A model generated the notes under the pieces. It was not told the DNA's origin, searched no databases, and saw only the letters and a list, made by a program, of their open reading frames with translations. This document shows, in pieces, positions 58,179 to 64,000 of a stretch of DNA of 64,000 nt. The DNA is taken from positions 238,261 through 302,260 of the forward strand of contig JBAZGN010000002.1 of assembly GCA_041652815.1 (NCBI GenBank), read 5' to 3'. Every line of letters starts with the position of its first letter. Within the stretch, counting starts at the first letter, position 1. The position numbers were made by a program, and so were the translations under genes. The stretch comes from Candidatus Omnitrophota bacterium. GTDB lineage: Bacteria > Omnitrophota > Gorgyraeia > Duberdicusellales > 4484-171.

Positions 58179-59555
58179 ATGAAATTTATCCCCCCTTTTA
58201 TTAATAGTTTCAGGGTAAAAGTAACTCTTACTTTAATCTTCTCATTGTTGTTTATTGCGGGATTGGATAATTTTATTCTTTACGAATATAACTTACGTCT
58301 GCAATTCAAAAATTTACAGGATAAATTAAAAACTATCGCCAGTACGGCAGCCATAGATATCGATGCGGATTTAATTGGGAAAGTCCCATTGAATAGGGAA
58401 GGAATAAACAGCCAAGCCTATGAAACAATAGCCGAACAGCTTAACAAAATTAAAAAAGCAAACCCGCAATTAAAATATATTTATACTCTTGCCAAAACCG
58501 GCACGCCCGGCATTGCGCAATTTATCGTTGATCCTTCGCCTTATATAGGCACGCGTACATCTTTGCCGGGAGATAAATACGATGCCTACCGTTTTCCGGA
58601 AATGCTCGAGGCTTACGGGGGCCCTACCGTAGACAAAAATCTTGTAATTGATGAATGGGGAGCAACGCTCTCGGCTTATGCGCCGATTTATGGTAAAAAT
58701 TTAAAAGCTGTTGCGATTTTGGGGGTGGATATAGATGCCAATGAAGTTTATACGCTGCAAAAGGCTGCCCGGTTAAAAACGCTTTTTATTCTAATACTTG
58801 TAATAGCTGTTTCAATATTGCTTGGAGCTTGGATTTCAATGGATGTTACGCGGCCGGTTCAGAATCTTGTTGAAGGCACGCGTAGGATTGCGGCCGGAAA
58901 TTTGGATTATAAAGTTGAGATTAAAAGTAAAGACGAGATAGGAGAACTAGCCGAGGCATTTAACGCTATGGCTGGGAATTTAGCAGCTTCGCGGGAAAAA
59001 CTGCACGATTATTTCTATCGTGTAGTCCAGGCTATGGTAAGGAGCCTTGAAGCAAAAGACCACTATACGCGAGGCCATTCCGACAGGGTAAGTGAATATT
59101 CCGCAGATATAGCAAAAGCTATTGGGTTTTCCGATGAAAAAGTAGAAATGCTTAAAAAGGCAGCGCAGCTGCATGATATAGGAAAATTAGGAATTCATGA
59201 GGATATTTTGAATAAAAAAAGCGCGCTTTCAGAGAATGAATGGGATTTAATTCATCAGCATCCTGCTGTAGGAGAAGAAATCTTAAAGCCCATTTTTCTG
59301 GACGAAGAAATGCTTGCCGTTGTAAGGAGCCACCACGAGCGGTATGATGGAAAAGGATATCCCGATGGCTTAAAGGCAGAGCAGATTAATATTTTTGCTC
59401 AAATTGTTTGTGTCGCTGATAGTTATGATGCAATGACATCATCCCGTTCCTATCGGGCTGCTTTAAGTAAAGAGGAAGCAATAGAGCGCCTTAAAAAAGA
59501 TTGCGGCGCTCAATTTAACCCGGAAATTGTAGAGGCATTTATAAAAGTATTATAG
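58179..59555 (+). CDS. HD-GYP phosphodiesterase with periplasmic sensor domain, TM and HAMP
   Basis: A signal/TM, a periplasmic domain, a second TM and HAMP are present. The HD-GYP motifs are HDIGKLGI and HHERYDGKGYP. Confidence 0.75.
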   Translation: MKFIPPFINSFRVKVTLTLIFSLLFIAGLDNFILYEYNLRLQFKNLQDKLKTIASTAAIDIDADLIGKVPLNREGINSQAYETIAEQLNKIKKANPQLKYIYTLAKTGTPGIAQFIVDPSPYIGTRTSLPGDKYDAYRFPEMLEAYGGPTVDKNLVIDEWGATLSAYAPIYGKNLKAVAILGVDIDANEVYTLQKAARLKTLFILILVIAVSILLGAWISMDVTRPVQNLVEGTRRIAAGNLDYKVEIKSKDEIGELAEAFNAMAGNLAASREKLHDYFYRVVQAMVRSLEAKDHYTRGHSDRVSEYSADIAKAIGFSDEKVEMLKKAAQLHDIGKLGIHEDILNKKSALSENEWDLIHQHPAVGEEILKPIFLDEEMLAVVRSHHERYDGKGYPDGLKAEQINIFAQIVCVADSYDAMTSSRSYRAALSKEEAIERLKKDCGAQFNPEIVEAFIKVL

Positions 59556-59645
59556 TAGCGGATTACCGCGGAACTAAACGCGGATAAACGCATGCTAATT
59601 CGCTTGCGTAAATCCGCGTAGGTATCCGCGGCAATCTGCTTCTAT
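59556..59645. repeat. Intergenic dyad element, family R1, copy B
   Basis: It is ~88% identical to 4152..4246. Confidence 0.8.
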
Positions 59646-59660
59646 AGCAAGGAAAAACAA

Positions 59661-61064
59661 ATGGCGGTTTCGATACAATTTTGTGGAGGAGCCAAGACTG
59701 TTACAGGCTCAGTCCATCTTATTACTACAAAACATTCCAAGGTTATCCTTGACTGCGGGCTGTTTCAGGGAAAGCGTGACGAATATTTTGCCATAAACTC
59801 GCAATTTCCGTTTAACCCGCAGAATCTTGATGCTTGCGTGTTATCACACGCGCACATAGACCATTCCGGCAATATCCCTACACTGGTAAAAAAGGGTTTT
59901 AGGGCCTCAGTTTATTGTACGCCTGTGACAAGAGATTTATGCCGCTATATGCTTCCTGACAGCGGCCACATACAGGAAGAAGATATAAAATACGTTAATA
60001 AAATAAATAGACGCCGTGGCTTGCCGCCGCGCGCGCCTCTTTATACGAAAGAGGATGCCGAAAAGGCGCTTAAGTATTTTCGTGCTCTTGATTATGACCA
60101 TACTATGCGAATCGCTGACGATGTAGATTTAAATTTTTATGACGGCGGCCATATTCTAGGTTCAACCATAACGGTATTGGATATTATGACAGGTTCAAGG
60201 CAGCCTATAAGAATCGCCTATGCTGTGGATTTAGGCAGGGAGGGTATGCCTCTTTTGGATGATCCGGAAGTCCCGCCAGGCATTAACTATTTAATTATGG
60301 AAAGTACCTATGGTGGAAGGCGCCACGAGACATTGGAAGAAGCGGAAATTAAACTTGCCAATACCATTAACAAAACAGTGCAGCGCGGCGGGAAGGTTAT
60401 TATTCCTTCTTTTGCTCTTGAGCGCACGCAACTGATTGTTTACTTTATAAGTGAATTAATAAAAAGAAAAATGGTGCCGAAAATTCCCATATACGTTGAT
60501 GGGCCTTTGGCGGTTAGTCTTACCCAGGTATTTAGAGAAAACTGGAAATATTTTGATGAAGCAACAAAAAAATCTTTTCGCGAGCACAAAGACCCTTTTA
60601 GCCATGATAATATTGAATATATAAGTAAAGTGGATGATTCCAAAAAACTTCACGATATAGATAAGCCGATAATAATTATATCTGCATCCGGCATGTGCGA
60701 AAACGGCCGCATCCAGCATCATTTGAAAAATAACATTGAAAACCCTAAAAATGCAATTATTGTTGTTGGGTTTATGGCGAAGGATACTTTGGGCAGGCGT
60801 ATAGTTGAGAAACAGGCTACCGTGCGTATTTTTGGCCGCCCCTATGATTTAAGGGCAGAGGTGGTTGTGATAAACGCTTTTAGCTCTCACGCTGACTGTG
60901 ACGGGTTGGTTGAATATGCCGGCAAATGCCGTGGTAATTTAAGGCAGATATTTTTAGTTCACGGAGAAGCTGACCAGGCAGAAATTTTGAAGAATAATAT
61001 CAGGAAGAAGTTCCGTTTAAAGGTAAGCATCCCGGAGAAAGGTGAAGCAGTTTATTTAAGATAA
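59661..61064 (+). CDS. MBL-fold beta-CASP family ribonuclease (RNase J/CPSF-like)
   Basis: The MBL motif HAHIDHSG is present, along with a beta-CASP region and a C-terminal RMMBL-like segment SSHAD. The length is 467 aa. Confidence 0.7.
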   Translation: MAVSIQFCGGAKTVTGSVHLITTKHSKVILDCGLFQGKRDEYFAINSQFPFNPQNLDACVLSHAHIDHSGNIPTLVKKGFRASVYCTPVTRDLCRYMLPDSGHIQEEDIKYVNKINRRRGLPPRAPLYTKEDAEKALKYFRALDYDHTMRIADDVDLNFYDGGHILGSTITVLDIMTGSRQPIRIAYAVDLGREGMPLLDDPEVPPGINYLIMESTYGGRRHETLEEAEIKLANTINKTVQRGGKVIIPSFALERTQLIVYFISELIKRKMVPKIPIYVDGPLAVSLTQVFRENWKYFDEATKKSFREHKDPFSHDNIEYISKVDDSKKLHDIDKPIIIISASGMCENGRIQHHLKNNIENPKNAIIVVGFMAKDTLGRRIVEKQATVRIFGRPYDLRAEVVVINAFSSHADCDGLVEYAGKCRGNLRQIFLVHGEADQAEILKNNIRKKFRLKVSIPEKGEAVYLR

Positions 61065-61074
61065 ATTATTTCTT

Positions 61075-61200
61075 GCGCACGGGAGCCCCGCAGGGGCGAC
61101 GTCCCGAACCGCCACGGTGGTGCAAGGCACCACCAGCCCGCGGGCTACCGAAAGCGAGCCCGCGGTATCTGGCAACGGAATAAGGCAGCCGCTTTACTAA
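61075..61200. repeat. GC-rich (visibly >65% GC) multi-hairpin island in an AT-rich genome
   Basis: The hairpins are CCCCGCAGGGG and GGTGGTGCAAGGCACCACC. The GCCCGCGGGC palindrome and GAGCCCGCGG are also present. Confidence 0.5.
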
Positions 61201-61202
61201 TT

Positions 61203-61233
61203 TTGTTACAAAATCAAATCTTTCTGTTATAAT
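61203..61233 (+). promoter_or_regulatory. Promoter-like TTGTTA/TTACAA ... TATAAT immediately upstream of the HEAT-repeat gene (possibly leaderless)
   Basis: The TATAAT -10 element lies 8 nt before ATG 61242. Confidence 0.3.
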
Positions 61234-61241
61234 ATGCCAGT

Positions 61242-62306
61242 ATGAAAAGGGTAAATCCGGTTTTAATATTCTTTATTGCCGCAAATTTAATGCTAAATGC
61301 AACTTATGCCCAGCCGAAAATACCTCAAGACAAAATTCCTTCTGACGTTGTACCTGGTTTAAAGAAGCAAATAGAAAAACTGTATTCGGAAAATCCCCTG
61401 GAGCGAAAACATGCTGTGATAACGATAGGGGAATACGGAAAAGAGGCAGAAGCGGCAATCCCTTTTCTTATAGAGCTTATGGCGGATTCAAATTGTTGCC
61501 CCGAGCCTGGAGTTATATATGAACATACTCCGCTTGTGAATGAAGCAGTTAACTGGGCTCTCATTCAGATAGGAACAACTTGCGTTAAACCGCTGATAAA
61601 TGTTTTGGATAGCAGTTCGCCGCTTGTGCGGCGTAACGCGGCATATTGTTTAGGGCAGATTGCCGACAAAAGAGCGCTTTTGCCGCTTATAACATTATTA
61701 GACGATAAGGACCCAGCAGTTAAATGGCAGGCAATACAGGCGCTTGCCGGATTAAAAGACAAACGTGCAACCGAGCCTTTGCTTAATTTATTAAACGATG
61801 AACATTTACGCGCGGATATAATATATGTTTTAGGGCAAATTGGAGATGGCAGCGCAATAGATACTCTAAGTTTTTATCTAAAAGATAAAAACTTAGAGGT
61901 TCGCATTGCAGCCGCTTCAGCTTTAGGAAGCATCGGCCATAAAAGTGCGGTATTTTATTTAGTTGATGCGCTTTCTGACAGCGATAGCCGGGTTAAAATT
62001 GCGGCGATTCTTTCTTTGGGGCAAATAGGCGATCCAAGCGCGGTAGATGCATTGGCTTCGGTTGTGAATAGCGAAAATACGGAATTAGGGGTTCGTGCAA
62101 TTGACGCTTTAATGCAGATAGGAGGCGTTCCCGCAGCTGAAGCTTTGATATTATTTCTTGATAATAAAAATCCGGATATTCGGAAAAATGCTTCCTGGGC
62201 TTTGTATAGCATATGTGGTGCAGGGGTTAGTTTTGGAGAAGATGCAACTAAATGGAAAAATTGGATTAACGCAAATAAAAGCAGGCTTAAAAATAAAAAA
62301 TCTTAA
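61242..62306 (+). CDS. Exported HEAT/PBS-lyase-like repeat protein
   Basis: A signal peptide is followed by about nine repeats of LGxIGDxxAIxxLxxxLxDxxxxVRxxAxxAL. Confidence 0.6.
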   Translation: MKRVNPVLIFFIAANLMLNATYAQPKIPQDKIPSDVVPGLKKQIEKLYSENPLERKHAVITIGEYGKEAEAAIPFLIELMADSNCCPEPGVIYEHTPLVNEAVNWALIQIGTTCVKPLINVLDSSSPLVRRNAAYCLGQIADKRALLPLITLLDDKDPAVKWQAIQALAGLKDKRATEPLLNLLNDEHLRADIIYVLGQIGDGSAIDTLSFYLKDKNLEVRIAAASALGSIGHKSAVFYLVDALSDSDSRVKIAAILSLGQIGDPSAVDALASVVNSENTELGVRAIDALMQIGGVPAAEALILFLDNKNPDIRKNASWALYSICGAGVSFGEDATKWKNWINANKSRLKNKKS

Positions 62307-62343
62307 ATTTCTGTGCTAATTTATGTGTTGAGAAGGAGGGTTT

Positions 62344-62730
62344 ATGATTAAAAGGTTGTTTGGTCTAATGTTTGTTACGGTTTTGTTGTTGAATTTTACC
62401 GGTTGTGTTGCAGTTGTCGCCGGAGCTGCTGGCGGGGCAGGAACAGCTTTTTGGTTGGAAGGTAAAATCAAAGAGGAAGTAAAAGCGCCTATCCCTAAAG
62501 TTGTAAAAGCCACCACTTCTGCGTTAAAATCAATGAGGCTTGAGATCACAAAAACTACAGTTAAGGATGAGGTGGCACAAATTAAGGCTGAATATACTGA
62601 CAAGAGAGTTGTTTGGATAGACATAAAAAAGCTGACGCAAGATTCATCGCAAATTGAGATACGCGTAGGCATGAAGGGCGATAAGGAAGCGTCTACGAAA
62701 ATTTTAGAGAGAATCAAAAGATACCTTTAA
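62344..62730 (+). CDS. Hypothetical lipoprotein (lipobox FTGC)
   Basis: A signal peptide with Cys is present. The RBS is GAAGGAGGG. Confidence 0.45.
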   Translation: MIKRLFGLMFVTVLLLNFTGCVAVVAGAAGGAGTAFWLEGKIKEEVKAPIPKVVKATTSALKSMRLEITKTTVKDEVAQIKAEYTDKRVVWIDIKKLTQDSSQIEIRVGMKGDKEASTKILERIKRYL

Positions 62731-62744
62731 TTTACCCCGACGTA

Positions 62745-62763
62745 TCGTCGGGGTTACGGAGAA
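62745..62763. terminator. Perfect palindrome CCCCGACG-TAT-CGTCGGGG after the lipoprotein gene
   Basis: It has an 8-bp GC-rich stem with no U-tract on either strand. Confidence 0.35.
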
Positions 62764-63114
62764 ACTTCAAGCAAAATTCAAGGGTATTTATTCGATGCCC
62801 CAATACGTCACACAAAAACATGAGGTTTATTATTCTCCGAAGCCGCACTGAAGGTTAATTCCAAACGGCGAAGGATAATAAAATTCAACCCGCCAGAATT
62901 CACCAGTCCGGTAAACTTTTATATTATTTGTATCGTCTAATTGTTATTATTTCTCTGAACTCCTTTTTAAACTTTATTGACACTGTGGTAAGATTATGGT
63001 ATCCTTTATCTATATAGTTATACTTTTCATACCAGTTATACTAAAGATTTTTTAATTCCCTACAGTGGGTTTATAAGGTTTTGATTTCTATGGCAAATCT
63101 AAAAAGGAGGAGAA

Positions 63115-63351
63115 ATGAGTAATTCCCCAAAATTTTACGGAAAAGTTCCGGTAGGAACTAAAGGGCAAATCGTTATTCCCCTCGAGGCGAGGAAAGCGAT
63201 GAATATCAATCCAGGCGATAGCCTAATTATTATTTCAGGCCCGCCGCATCATAATAAGGTTATCAGCATTATGCCTGAGGAAGAATTCAGTAAATTTTTA
63301 AAATTTTTCGAGGCACACATTACTAATCTTAAAAAAGCAGTTTCTGAATAA
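63115..63351 (+). CDS. AbrB/MazE/SpoVT-family DNA-binding domain protein
   Basis: The swapped-hairpin motif is GKVPVGTKGQIVIPLEARKAMNINPGD. The RBS is AAGGAGG. A TTGACA promoter-like site lies ~135 bp upstream. Confidence 0.65.
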   Translation: MSNSPKFYGKVPVGTKGQIVIPLEARKAMNINPGDSLIIISGPPHHNKVISIMPEEEFSKFLKFFEAHITNLKKAVSE

Positions 63352-63423
63352 TAAAAAAACATTATGCGCGTTGTATTTTTTCTCGGATGAGATAATATAA
63401 TTATATAAGTTTAAAAAAATAGT

Positions 63424-64000
63424 ATGCGGATAAGCTTTGTTATATTTTTATTGTTTTCTTGTTTTTTTTATCCATCAACGTTGGTGATGGCCGAGGAAGC
63501 ACTATCTTGGCATACTTGCGTAAAAGAGGCTGCGAAAAACCATCCAGATTTAATTTCTGCCGAAGAAGGCATAAAACAATCAGAAGCTACTAAAAAAGTT
63601 ACCGCCAGCGCACTTTTTCCTCAAGTAAACAGCAATCTGGATGTGTCTACTGGAAGAACTGATAACGGAACGGTCTCTGCGGCAGGAGATAACTATACCT
63701 ACGGAGTAACCGGCAGCCAACTTATCTTTGACGGAGCCAAAACCATAAATAATGTGAATGCGGCTAAAGAAAATATAAAAGCAGCCAAAGAAAATTTTCG
63801 TTTTACTTCCGTAGATGTAAGGTTGCGCCTAAGAAAAGCTTTTGTTAATTTACTAAAAGCACAGGAAGGCGTGCATATCGCCAAAGATATTTACAAAATA
63901 AGGAGTAAGAATTTAGCGTTAATTATGCTACGGTATCGTTCCGGCCTTGAACATAAGGGTGCGCTTTTGACTGCGGAAGCTAATTTATCGAAAGCAAAAC
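63424..64000 (+). CDS. TolC-family outer membrane efflux protein, 3' partial (runs off window)
   Basis: The frame is open from ATG 63424 to the window end. A signal peptide and the OEP repeat signature L..A...V..A..N...G are present. It is absent from the ORF track because there is no stop in the window. Confidence 0.6.
   Translation, partial: MRISFVIFLLFSCFFYPSTLVMAEEALSWHTCVKEAAKNHPDLISAEEGIKQSEATKKVTASALFPQVNSNLDVSTGRTDNGTVSAAGDNYTYGVTGSQLIFDGAKTINNVNAAKENIKAAKENFRFTSVDVRLRLRKAFVNLLKAQEGVHIAKDIYKIRSKNLALIMLRYRSGLEHKGALLTAEANLSKAK

Noticed and set aside
63699-63884. 61-aa minus-strand ORF near the window end
   Set aside because: It lies antisense inside a clear + strand open frame encoding a TolC-like protein (63424 to window end). 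That frame was missing from the track only because it has no in-window stop.

Overview
This is an AT-rich (about 38% GC by eye) bacterial chromosomal segment that is gene-dense and almost entirely encoded on the + strand. Nearly all genes are housekeeping, and their order strongly recalls Bacillus-type synteny: mcsA-mcsB-clpC ... radA-yacL(PIN/TRAM)-ispD-ispF-cysS-tmk-holB-ricT(yaaT)-tatD. Yet the organism carries a diderm envelope toolkit (LolCDE-like, MlaEFD, LptF/LptG, a beta-barrel OMP ending in Phe, and TolC-like). Other content:
- Sulfur/Fe-S metabolism: two cysteine desulfurases, NifU, NadA, MnmA, a LarE-like PP-loop ATPase, and an Rrf2-YezD-OMP-metY-cysK-metXW cluster.
- Thiamine: a TPP-riboswitch-controlled thi4-thi4-thiM-thiE operon.
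- Metal handling: FeoB, a DtxR-like regulator, a CDF transporter and a Ca-type P-type ATPase.
- The region 53.7-58.1 kb holds two radical SAM enzymes (a DNA modification/repair type and a B12-binding type), a cold-shock protein, a promoter/terminator-bounded structured RNA candidate and a small Cys-rich ORF.

The most unusual feature is that nearly every intergenic spacer of 60 bp or more is a 'word-themed' dyad-symmetric element, often with an embedded GC-rich hairpin. These fall into at least seven families, with 2-3 diverged copies each inside this 64 kb. No transposase, integrase, CRISPR array, tRNA or rRNA was recognised. Product calls rest on motif recognition in the supplied translations, and no database search was run.
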